DNA of 64,000 nucleotides from contig CAVQJT010000014.1 in the NCBI GenBank assembly GCA_963712885.1, forward strand, positions 23,707 to 87,706, given 5' to 3'. How positions within the stretch are numbered: position 1 is the stretch's first letter; every line of letters starts with the position of its first letter. Under the pieces are notes generated by a model. It had not been told where the DNA came from. It ran no database searches and was given only the letters and a program-made list of their open reading frames with translations. The translations under genes were made by a program, and so were the position numbers. The DNA is from Calditrichia bacterium (GTDB taxonomy: Bacteria; Calditrichota; Calditrichia; JAJRVZ01). This document shows positions 53,745-63,797 of the stretch, one piece after another.

Positions 53745-54399
53745 ATTCCTTTCTGCTACCGGCATATTTTCCCACCAAAAGTGCAATGATCACCGCGATA
53801 TAAATTTGCCCACCGACGGCAGTCAACATGGCGACCGATTTAGCGGCCGGGGTCAGAGGTACAACATCCCCGTAACCGAGGGTGGTCATGGTGACAAAGC
53901 CATAGTATAAAAACTCACTGAACTGAGAGACAGATGGATCGGTCATGATTTCGCTCTGAAAACTGAATGCATTTGGATCAATAACTGCTATTGCATTGAT
54001 AATGATGGCAAACACCAGTCCAAGCAGCAGGTAACTGTTGATCGCCTCCAGGATCACCTGCGCCGTAACTTTTTTCACCCCGGCGATCTGTATGATCAAT
54101 TTTATGACGATGGCAATAAAAAAGATCAGGGTGAGATAGGTGGAAATTCGCTCGAGAATGACCATGCCCAGGATCTCACTCAACCAGTTGATCACCGCGA
54201 GACTGACCGCCAGAATAAAAATAGGCCGGCGCTGGGTCTGCGCTGCCATTGCCGAAATCAAAAAGATAAAAGTGAAGAGAGTCTGGAAAGATAGCTGGTG
54301 CCAGTTAACCGGAAGCATCGGTACGATAAAAATGGTGACAAATACCAGAAAAAGGAGTCCGGAGTTTCCCACCTCCAGAATTTGTCTTGGGCGCAGCAT
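53743..54399 (-). CDS. Two-TM-type potassium channel family protein
   Basis: Selectivity filter TLGYGD. The likely start is MLRPRQ at 54399 (ORF extends to 54447). Confidence 0.75.
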   Translation of the reverse strand: MLRPRQILEVGNSGLLFLVFVTIFIVPMLPVNWHQLSFQTLFTFIFLISAMAAQTQRRPIFILAVSLAVINWLSEILGMVILERISTYLTLIFFIAIVIKLIIQIAGVKKVTAQVILEAINSYLLLGLVFAIIINAIAVIDPNAFSFQSEIMTDPSVSQFSEFLYYGFVTMTTLGYGDVVPLTPAAKSVAMLTAVGGQIYIAVIIALLVGKYAGSRKE

Positions 54400-54436
54400 A
54401 TCTGTTTCCCCGATTTTTCTGACATACCAGAGTACA

Positions 54437-54590
54437 AAAAGTGACAAAGTGACAAAGCGACAGAGTGATAAAGCCGCAGGCAGTCACCAGTCACCAGTTG
54501 GCAGGGGGAAAGGACGTGTCATCCTGTAAGGATCTTCCTTCCCTTAAATCCATATTAATACCAAGGAAGATGCTTACAGCATGACAGAAT
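54437..54590. repeat. Composite intergenic repeat copy 1: tandem 8-mers, CAGTCAC direct repeat and 20 bp-stem hairpin
   Basis: AGTGACAA AGTGACAA AGCGACAG AGTGATAA ... GTCATCCTGTAAGGATCTTC-N29-GGAAGATGCTTACAGCATGAC. Confidence 0.6.
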
Positions 54591-54771
54591 TATGGCCATT
54601 CGATCATTTGGTATATTGCCAGTCAGCTCCTCTGCCAACTGCTTGCCCGCCGGAGGCGTGGCCAATTGATTCCTTGTGCCTTGAACCTTTTGCCTCTGAT
54701 CCTAAACAGTTAAACAATTAAACGATTAAACAATTCAACCGAATTTGTCTTGCCGAAATCGGATGAGCCGC

Positions 54772-55326
54772 TCAAAATCCGGCCGCCACCCCGACACTGA
54801 TCACCGGATCCCATGCTTTGTAGGGTGAATTGTCATCCTGCAGTACATCGACCAGCACCTCGACAAACAGGGATGTATTGGGTCCGACCGGCTGGATATA
54901 CCCGCCGCCGAGATAGAGAAAGGGGACCCATTTTCGATCGGATTCAAAGTTTGCTGTCTGTAATTTGTAACTGAAATAGGCAAATTCAGCATGCAAATAG
55001 GCGTTTGGTATTACCCGGTAGCGCCCAAAAATACTGGCCCCGTAATTGCTTGAGGTCAATTTTTCATCATACCGCTTATCCACCACATATTCGTATCCCA
55101 ATTTCAATCCGACGGAGGCTTGCGGGCTCAGTTTATAACCGATCAGCGGCATGATGCTGATCCGAAAATAGCTGCCAAAACTTAATCCAATGTTGCCCCC
55201 GTAATAAACCGGATTTGCCACCGCGGTTTTCTTTTCCGGTTTGCTTTCGGTAGAATCCGTCTGCTGAGCGAACAGTGATGATGAAATAAACAAGACTAGA
55301 ATGATAAAAAGAAATGACTTGCGCAT
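54772..55326 (-). CDS. Outer-membrane beta-barrel domain protein
   Basis: Signal peptide, alternating beta pattern, and a C-terminal ...VGVAAGF. Confidence 0.7.
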   Translation of the reverse strand: MRKSFLFIILVLFISSSLFAQQTDSTESKPEKKTAVANPVYYGGNIGLSFGSYFRISIMPLIGYKLSPQASVGLKLGYEYVVDKRYDEKLTSSNYGASIFGRYRVIPNAYLHAEFAYFSYKLQTANFESDRKWVPFLYLGGGYIQPVGPNTSLFVEVLVDVLQDDNSPYKAWDPVISVGVAAGF

Positions 55327-55520
55327 TAGTATACCTCGTTTTTTTGTTTATACATTTTTATTTTCTGACTTAATGATCTATCACCAATTAATAACTCGTA
55401 CAATATAGATTTTCTAATCATACAGAACAAGTATTTCAAACCTAATACTTGGCCCGGTATCATTGCAGTGATACAATCCAATCATTTTTTGATTGGTTCA
55501 GTAATCTGCCCGAATTCAAT

Positions 55521-56432
55521 TTAGATAAACAACATCTGCCATGCGATCGAGATCGTCGAGAAGTTGGCACCAAATCGAATGATCGCCCCGGTACTATAGG
55601 CAATTTTTATTGAGTTCTGCTTGCTAACCGGTAAATTGAAGGTTGCTCCTAACCGCGTATTGTTCTGTCCGTCATCATTGTAATAATCATTTACCGAAGA
55701 TTGACCACCATTATAAAAAGTGAGATCGACTGCTGCCCACATCAGGGGGTTGAAATTATAACTAATGTGCGTTTGGAAGGTGATCAAAGGATCCTGGCTG
55801 CGAAGGGAGGCACCCGGATAAAAGGATTTGTTATTGGTAAACAACCAGACTCCGGCATAAAGATCTAAGAGCCATTGTGTGTTTACTTTGTATGATAATC
55901 CTATTTCAGGTTTGAAGGACCATCTGTTCGTACCAAGGTTGATCAGTTTGCCGGTAAAATATTGTCCTGTCGGTGCAGCGACCGTCAGACTTGTACCAAT
56001 TATGATCCCGGGTGAATATTTTGCAAATTCTTTTAGTGTCAAAGCCGGACCGCCAACCAGAAGCAACGACAGACGAAGCCGCATGTCCCCCAGACCGGAA
56101 CGCGTAATACTCGAATCTGCACCGACTACTTCTCCTGATACCTGCGCCCAGGAATAAGGCAGGACAGCAAATGCCTGGGAAGTAAAACCAAACAGACTAA
56201 ACGTACGTCCAACACCAAGTATTGGTGACTCGACCTTTGCATCCAGATCCTGGATGGGCGATGTCGGGTCCAGCAAAACACCGCCGTAAGTGTAATTGAA
56301 ACCGGTGACCAATACGGTTATATCAACCGGGACCCTGGCATAGGCTCTGGGATCAAGATCCTGCGCAAAGACTTTTACGGTGAAAGATGTAAGTATGCTT
56401 ATTAAAAGTAACTGGTGTTGTTTGATACACAT
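55521..56432 (-). CDS. Outer-membrane transporter-family beta-barrel protein
   Basis: Signal peptide and the RSGLGDMRLRL motif, similar to the 21605-22902 product. Confidence 0.6.
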   Translation of the reverse strand: MCIKQHQLLLISILTSFTVKVFAQDLDPRAYARVPVDITVLVTGFNYTYGGVLLDPTSPIQDLDAKVESPILGVGRTFSLFGFTSQAFAVLPYSWAQVSGEVVGADSSITRSGLGDMRLRLSLLLVGGPALTLKEFAKYSPGIIIGTSLTVAAPTGQYFTGKLINLGTNRWSFKPEIGLSYKVNTQWLLDLYAGVWLFTNNKSFYPGASLRSQDPLITFQTHISYNFNPLMWAAVDLTFYNGGQSSVNDYYNDDGQNNTRLGATFNLPVSKQNSIKIAYSTGAIIRFGANFSTISIAWQMLFI

Positions 56433-56498
56433 TTTCAGCTCCCGAAAAAGGAGATTAGATGTTTCAGTAAACGGTTGACTTATAATGTAAAACTAATT

Positions 56499-57500
56499 TC
56501 AATTTTTATCCACTGGATAAATCTGCTTCCAATCCTTCTTCATATCAACGATAATCCAGTCTTTTGCATTTGCCTGATCAAGACCTTTGTCCAATCTGCC
56601 GATGGGGGATTCCCGGTCATAGGCCCACTCGCGTTCCGCATCGGTATGGTGAATATAGACCATCAGGCTTTTGCTCGCACCAGCGGCGGTCCACTGCAGC
56701 ATTTGCAGGTCACCATCGGAATTACCAAAGGCAGCGATTGGTCTTTTACCAATGTATTGATGAATACCGACGGGCTTGCCGTCTTTATCATCAATAAAAT
56801 TAATTTCGGGCAAGCTGACCAAAACCGGCTGTCCATCACGCATTTCAAATTTCACCTTACCCGAACTGCCGATTACCTGTTCGGCCGGAATACCATAGAC
56901 TTCTTCTGTCCATGGGCGCATAAAATCGATACCGCCGCCGGAAACAATATAGGTTTTGAATCCGTTTGCGCGCAGGTAGTCCAGCAATTCGAGCATCGGC
57001 TGGTAAACCATTTCCTTGTAAAGTTTTCTTGTCCCGGGATGTTTTGCGGTGTCGATCCAGGCTTTTACGGTATGCGAAAATTCATCGGTTGTCATGCCCG
57101 CATGGGTTGCCATTACCAGTTCAAGCAAACCATGTTCACCGAATGAAAGTACTTTCTGAATATTATTATCGAGGACGGCTTTAAATAGAGGACTGTCTCC
57201 CCATTCGGGGTGATCTCCAGACTTCGCTCGGGCCCGATCAAGTGCGAATCGAAGTTGAAAATAGTAAGGTTGCTCGGACCACAAAGTGCCATCATTATCA
57301 AAAGTGGCTGTTCTATTTTCCGGCATTACGTAGTTTGGATTTTTTTCACTGGTAACTTCTTCGACAAAATTGAGGATGGTTTGTTTTGCCTTTGATTCAT
57401 TCCAGGAGGGCAGAGGATCGGATTTCTGGTCCATCCGCTGAGCGCATGAGAGCAGAGCGATGACTGTGAATAAACTGAATACTCGCTTTACGTATTGCAT
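56499..57500 (-). CDS. HAD superfamily hydrolase, lipoprotein
   Basis: Leader VFSLFTVIALLSCAQ and motif I FDNDGTLW. Confidence 0.7.
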   Translation of the reverse strand: MQYVKRVFSLFTVIALLSCAQRMDQKSDPLPSWNESKAKQTILNFVEEVTSEKNPNYVMPENRTATFDNDGTLWSEQPYYFQLRFALDRARAKSGDHPEWGDSPLFKAVLDNNIQKVLSFGEHGLLELVMATHAGMTTDEFSHTVKAWIDTAKHPGTRKLYKEMVYQPMLELLDYLRANGFKTYIVSGGGIDFMRPWTEEVYGIPAEQVIGSSGKVKFEMRDGQPVLVSLPEINFIDDKDGKPVGIHQYIGKRPIAAFGNSDGDLQMLQWTAAGASKSLMVYIHHTDAEREWAYDRESPIGRLDKGLDQANAKDWIIVDMKKDWKQIYPVDKN

Positions 57501-57543
57501 TTCAGATCTCAATATTATTGAATTAAAATTAAATCTCAAAGTT

Positions 57544-57568
57544 AAAAGGCGCTGATTGGATCAGCGCC
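57544..57568 (-). terminator. Rho-independent terminator after sulfatase gene
   Basis: Minus strand: GGCGCTGAT-cca-ATCAGCGCC followed by TTTTAACTT. Confidence 0.6.
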
Positions 57569-57593
57569 TGTAGAGTTGTATTAGATGTCTAAA

Positions 57594-59109
57594 TTAGTTT
57601 TGCGGTTTTGTCATCAGCTGCTGCAGTACTTTATCAATACCGAGTGATGAACCCATAACCGGCGGAAATTCAACAAATGTCTTTAAGAATTCTGCGGTAA
57701 TTGCCTGCGCCGGGACAAATGTCCACATATTATCGGCAAACCAGCGCATATACATCGCAGAATCTTTCCAGGCGGTTTCGTATGGATCTGCTCTCAGATT
57801 GATCAAAATAGGCCATGCCGGCTGTTTACGATAGGCTGTATTTATCGCACCTTCGAGAATTGTAAAATGCAGTTTCCAGTTATCGTAACGGATCGCATTT
57901 AAATTACCGCCCTGATCAAAATAGAAGATTTCCCTTCTGGGCGATTTGTCTGCTTTTCCCTGCCAGAAGGGAAGAAGGTTATATCCATCCAGATGTACTT
58001 TAAAGGTTTTATCACCGGCCTTATAGCCTTTGAGTAATTTTTCCTTAACATCGTGGATCCCGGCGGCGGCAAGCAAGGTGGGCATCATATCTTCGTGCGA
58101 ATAAATATTATTATCTGACCGTGCCCGGTTTAATGACGCCCGGCCAGCGAATGACACAGGGCACCCGAAAACCACCTTCCCAGGTTGTTCCTTTTTCACC
58201 GTAAAATGGTGTTGTTCCGCCATCCGGCCAGGTGAATTTTTCAGCACCGTTATCGGTGGAGTACATGACAATGGTATTATTGGTAATGCCCAATTCATCC
58301 AGTTTATCAAGAACTTTACCAACCAGTTTGTCATGTTCAACCATTCCGTCCGCATAAAGTCCGATTCCGGTTACGCCATCACTTTCTTTTTTAAGTCGGG
58401 TCCAGACATGCATACGCGTTGCGCTTAGCCATACAAAAAACGGTTTGCCCTGTTTATGGGCTTTTTCCATAAAAGCGATGGCAGCATTTGTAAATTCATC
58501 GTCAGCGGTTTCCATGCGTTTTCGGGTCATGGGACCGGTATCTTCAATTTTGCCATCCGCATAGCTATGGATAACGCCACGGGGACCATATTTTTTATGG
58601 AATTCGGGATTCTTTGGATAATAATAGGTTTCCGGCTCCTCTTCGGCATTCAGGTGATACAGATTTCCGAAAAACTCATCGAAACCATGATTGGTGGGCA
58701 AATGTTTGTCCCTGTCGCCAAGATGATTTTTGCCAAACTGGCCGGAGGTATATCCGAGTGGTTTTAGCAATTCGGCAATGGTCGGTTGATTATCCTGAAT
58801 TCCCTGTTCAGAACCAGGCATACCGATGGTCAGCAGACCGGTTCTGAACGGATGCTGACCTAAAATAAAGGCCGCTCTTCCGGCGGTACAGGATTGCTGA
58901 GCATACCAGTCGGTAAACATGGCGCCTTCATTGGCGATCCGGTCAATATTCGGCGTCTGATACCCCATGATCCCGTGATTGTACTTGCTGATATTGGCCC
59001 AGCCGATATCATCACCCCAGATGACCAGGATGTTGGGTTTTTCCTGGGCCACAAGGGTAAATGCCAGTGACAGGACGATCAAAAACGTCCAGATAAATTT
59101 TGTTCTCAT
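57594..59109 (-). CDS. Sulfatase (Cys-type arylsulfatase family), frameshifted near 58125
   Basis: SCTAGRAAFILGQHP (CxAxR). The N-terminal ORF ends ...WPGVIKPGTVR*. The C-terminal part (NNIYSHEDMMPTLLAAAG...) is in another frame. Confidence 0.75.
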
Positions 59110-59730
59110 AATCTTTTCTCCTTATTCTATTTAAATTTCAAAATCAAATGATAACTAAATTCCAATTTCCAAATAACCATTTAATAATATTTCTCAAGCA
59201 GCAACGCTGAAATCACAAATATATTCCAAATCTCCATATTTTAAATTTATTCTTATTATTTTGATTCTTTGATGATGTAGTAGAGAATCTTTTTTAACTC
59301 GTTCACTTCCTGATATTGTTTACGACCTATCCGGTTTTCCTCATTATCATGGCATCTAAAATATAGTTGGTCATGTAGTCTGATTCATTCCCCGCTTTAC
59401 GGCTGATGTGCATGTTCATAAAAATTCATTTTTAGCCAGGAGTTAAATTGCTTCAATGTAGTTTGCAGCAATTTAACCTGATGATCTGAGCAGTTGTTCA
59501 GAATGTCAGTTTTTAATAAGTGAATGGATATGTTTTTTGCAAATAATCGAATATTCTGAGCGAAAAGAAATGTTCTGGTTTCTAACTCCTGAAGGAACAA
59601 TATGCCATGACCCATACCCCAAGAAGCTCATGGCATATCAAAAACAATATTTATTATATTTGCCAACGGTACAAATATCGTGGAGTTTGTTTTTATAAAT
59701 TCACAACTCCCTGATTGGTCACAAAACCGT

Positions 59731-60304
59731 TCATTTTGCCATTGGTGGATAACCGGCAAATATCTTGGCCACGATTCCGTCCAGCCGTTCCTGCTGTTCT
59801 TCACCGGTCTGATTTTCTTTTACGGTGCCGGTGGCCATTCCGCGCCAGGCCAGACTCCTTGTTCTCCCAGGAAACCAGGTCGACGACCAGGGTTGCTTCT
59901 TCATAATAGCTGACCGTTGTCGAACCACCGTAGGGTCCCCACCAGGGATCGTACCAACCGTGGCGACCCCCATAATAGCCGCCACCACCCGTGGAATGGA
60001 CCTGCATTTTGTCTTTGACACCGGCATGGACCAATACAACCAGGTCAAAATCTGCACCTTCCTCGGCTTTTGTCAGACCTTTTTGTGCCAGGGTCTTATC
60101 AACGGCTTCTACTACCCGTTTAAGTACCAGCGGATATTTTTGCAGTTCATCCTGGGGATTGATCTCTGTGCCGGAGGCCCAGCGGTAGGTTTTAAATTTG
60201 GTAAAGTCATACTCCCGGTCGTAGTCGGTCTTGATCGTGACCGATGAGCAGGCCATCAGCATCAGAGCAAATGCCAGAATCATTAAAATCGATAAAACAC
60301 GCAT
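59731..60304 (-). CDS. DUF4136-like lipoprotein, frameshifted near 59860
   Basis: Lipobox LMLMACSS. ...ATLVVDLVSWENK continues in another frame as SLAWRGMATGTVKENQ...AKIFAGYPP. Confidence 0.55.
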
Positions 60305-60995
60305 TTCTTTCTCCTTCTTTTATAATTGAAATATATGGTTTAAATTACAAATAAATCATTTCTATAACATACAATATTTTATTTACGTTTTTATCAGCCA
60401 TCCACCTTTGTTTCTCATAAAAAATTACAAACGATTACCCGGACAGTAATATTCCATATATGCTCAGACCTTTCGGGAATCGAAATTTACAATCTTGAAA
60501 ATGCACCCGGTTTTATTCATTTTTATTTTTATCCGGAAAAGATGCTTTGGCACCATATATGAACATTGATCTTAATTTATCCCAGAAATCTCCACCGAGC
60601 ACAAACAGGCTGGTTATTAAAACAATATCTCCGGTTTGCATCGTAAAAGGGAATAATGCCAGTGCCAGGCAAATCGCGATGGCCATCGACCAGGCAATTG
60701 TGAGCACACTCAATGGTAGCTCCCCTGCAAATACTGTAGAATCGGTCTTGTTCTTCCTATAAGATAAAAATATATCGGATTGAGTACAAACCAATTTGGT
60801 CAAAATCCTTTATCCTGTTTTTCTGTCAGGAACCCCGTTGGGATTATCCGGTCAAATAATAATTCGAACAACTGCCATAATTACTTAATCAACCTGAATA
60901 TAAATGTAACAATTGAGCTGGGTAAGCGTATATTAGAACAGATAATTCTGCACAGATGGAAGGAAGATACAAGCATATCCGGAGGATACAATTCA

Positions 60996-62097
60996 ATGAA
61001 AAAAAAATCTAAAAGGTGGATTACCTGGACAACCATCCTGGTCATTCTGGTGGTCATAGTCTCGGTGGTGATATCATCAAACGGCAGCGGTCAGGAAAAC
61101 GGCCGGGCGACTGTGAAGGTGAAAAAAGAAAATATTGTTGAAAAGGCACTGGCGGTTGGCTCGATCGAACCGGTCAATGAGATCGATGTCAAATCCAAGG
61201 TTTCCGGCGTCGTGGGAAAATTATATGCCGATGTCGGTGCTTTTGTTCACGCCGGCGATCCGCTGGTGGAAGTCAAACCAGATCCGACACCGCTTGAACT
61301 GGCCCAGGCCAAACGGGATGTGGAAATGGCCGGCATTGAAATGGATAATCTGGCGCGGGAACTGGATCGTAAGAAAAGTCTTCTCGATCAGGGACTCGTG
61401 TCGGATCAGGAATATGAATTGCTCAAGCAACAGTACGATGAAGCCAGTCTGCGGCATCAAATGGCTTTGGAGCAACTCGAGCTGATCGAAAAAGGGAAAG
61501 TGCGTATTGCCAATACAAATATCGAAACCGTTGTCAAATCACCGATAACCGGTTTTATCCTCGAGAAAAACGTCAACCTGGGCGATCCGGTGGTGCCGCT
61601 GACCTCCTACCAGCCCGGTACGGCGATCATGCGCATGGCCGATATGGCCGATCTGCTGTTCAAAGGTACGGTTGACGAGATCGATGTCGGTAAGATCAAA
61701 GAGGGGCTTACCTGCGAATTACAGGTCGGTGCCATTCCGACGGCAAAAATTACCGGGATCGTCACATTGATCTCCCTGAAAGCGAAGAAGGAAGACAATA
61801 CCACGGTGTTTCCGGTCGAGGTAAAGATAAACGAAGTTGAAAAAGCGGTTCTCCGGGCGGGTTATTCAGCCAACGCCCATATTATTATTGCCCGACGGGA
61901 CAGTGTGCTCGCCATTCCCGAACGGGTGGTCACGTTTCGTAACGATTCCGCTTTTGTACAGCACTGCCAAAAGGGGAGGAGCAGAGCGAGGAAAAATACA
62001 TTAAAACCGGCCTGAGCGATGCGATCATGATCGAAATCCTGGAGGGCCTTGAGGAAGGGCAGGAGGTCCTGGAAAAAGAGGCGAAGGAAATAACGTA
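60996..62097 (+). CDS. Efflux periplasmic adaptor (MacA/HlyD family), C-terminal frameshift at the T-run ~61952
   Basis: SD GGAGGA then ATG MKKKSKRW, a TM segment and a coiled coil. The true C-terminus ...EEKYIKTGLSDAIMIEILEGLEEGQEVL...EIT* is in another frame. Confidence 0.75.
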
Positions 62098-62190
62098 GGG
62101 GCGAGGCGGTGCCCCACCCGTTAAATCGTTTAATTGTTGAACTGTTGAATCGGGACCGTAGGGGCATGGCGCGCCATGCCCCTACCCAAA
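62095..62190. repeat. Composite intergenic repeat copy 3 (TAGGGGCGAGGCGGTGCCCC...AATCGTTTAATTGTTGA plus 28 bp perfect palindrome)
   Basis: It shares a ~50 nt module with 63596-63640. GTAGGGGCATGGCGCGCCATGCCCCTAC lies at 62158-62185. Confidence 0.55.
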
Positions 62191-62307
62191 AAATGAACAG
62201 TATGAAATATCAGGTTCGAATGGATTTAACAGTGATGGATGTAGATTCAGTGTTTGAAGTTGGATTTTCACATGATCTTTTATACCCGTCGCAGGGATTA
62301 ATAACCT

Positions 62308-63558
62308 ATGCTGATTAATTTTATAGACAATTTCAGGGAAATTTTAAAGTATCTCAGTCAATACAAGGCCCGCACGGCCATGACCATGTTCGGGATCATC
62401 TGGGGTACCATGACCGTGATCATTCTGTTGTCATTTGGCGTCGGCGTGCGTAAGCAGATGAGCAAGAATATGCACGGCATCGGCGAACAGATCGCCATCG
62501 TCTGGCCGGGACGCACCAGTATTCCCTTTGAAGGCTACGGCCGTGATCGCAACATACGGCTGACCGAAGATGATATGGAATTGCTGCGCCGGGAAGTGAA
62601 AGGTATCCGACGAATCAGTCCGGAATTCAGCAAATGGCGGTCTACGGTGCGGCTTGGGGATAAGATCAATCAACCAAATATTACCGGGATTATACCGGAA
62701 TATGGTGTCATGCGCAATATCTGGCCGGAACCGGGTGGCCGGTTTATCAACGATCTTGATAACATATACAAACGGCGGGTAACGTTCATCGGCAATCGCC
62801 TGCGTGATTTTCTGTTCGGCGAGAAAGCCGATGCGATCGGTAAATATGTTTATATCGATGAGACACCGTTTCTGGTGATCGGAGTAATGCGTGAAAAGAC
62901 CCAGCCCTCTTCCTACAACCAGCGTGACCGGGACCGAGCATTTATCCCGATGACCACGCATAAATCCATGTTCGGATATACCTATGTGAGTAATTTTATC
63001 TATCAGATCTATGATCCCATGGGAAGAGAAGCGGTTCAGAAAGATGTTTTTACCGTACTTGGGAAAAAATACAAGTTCGATCCCAATGATTCCGAGACAC
63101 TGTGGATATGGGATACCAGCAGCATGGATGAGTTTATTTTCTATTTTACACTTGGATTCAATATTTTTATGGGTCTGATTGGTGTGATCACCCTGATTGT
63201 CGGCGGGATCGGGCTGGCTAATATCATGTATGTGGTGGTACAGGAACGCACAAATGAGATCGGTGTCCGGCGGTCTGTGGGTGCCAAGCGCAGCAATATA
63301 TTCAGACAGTTTCTTTTTGAAGCCTTTGTTGTAATTGGTATTGGTGCCTTTATCGGTTTCCTGATCGCCTTTTCCCTGATCAGTCTGATCGCTGCACTTC
63401 CACTTGGTGATTTTAAAGAATCGGTAGGCACGCCTGAATTCAACCCGATTGTGGCGATCGTAACCATTATTATTCTTGGCAGCATCGGTTTTCTGGCAGG
63501 ATTTTTTCCGGCCCGCCGGGCAGCGAAATTGCGCGTTATAGATTGTTTGAGGCAATAA
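62308..63558 (+). CDS. ABC transporter permease, FtsX/MacB family
   Basis: 416 aa with an N-terminal TM segment, a periplasmic domain and three C-terminal TM segments (GIGLANIMYVVVQERTNEIGVRRSVGA). Confidence 0.8.
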   Translation: MLINFIDNFREILKYLSQYKARTAMTMFGIIWGTMTVIILLSFGVGVRKQMSKNMHGIGEQIAIVWPGRTSIPFEGYGRDRNIRLTEDDMELLRREVKGIRRISPEFSKWRSTVRLGDKINQPNITGIIPEYGVMRNIWPEPGGRFINDLDNIYKRRVTFIGNRLRDFLFGEKADAIGKYVYIDETPFLVIGVMREKTQPSSYNQRDRDRAFIPMTTHKSMFGYTYVSNFIYQIYDPMGREAVQKDVFTVLGKKYKFDPNDSETLWIWDTSSMDEFIFYFTLGFNIFMGLIGVITLIVGGIGLANIMYVVVQERTNEIGVRRSVGAKRSNIFRQFLFEAFVVIGIGAFIGFLIAFSLISLIAALPLGDFKESVGTPEFNPIVAIVTIIILGSIGFLAGFFPARRAAKLRVIDCLRQ

Positions 63559-63757
63559 AAAGTAACAAAGTTACAAAGCAACAAAGTGACAAAGTAGGGA
63601 TGAGGTGGTGCCCCGGATGTTGAATCGTTTAAGAGTTGATTTGGATAAACAAATGTGTTATCGGAGAAGGTTTGGATTTGATGAACCGTCATCCTGTAAG
63701 GATCTTCATGCTCAGGCACCTGATTCGACAATCAGGAAGATGCTTACAGCATGACGT
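63559..63757. repeat. Composite intergenic repeat copy 2: tandem 8-mers, GGTGCCCC module and hairpin
   Basis: AGTAACAA AGTTACAA AGCAACAA AGTGACAA ... TAGGGATGAGGTGGTGCCCC ... GTCATCCTGTAAGGATCTTC-N29-GGAAGATGCTTACAGCATGAC. Confidence 0.6.
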
Positions 63758-63797
63758 GTTATTTAGCATATTATAAAAAGGAAAGAATTGTTTTAAA

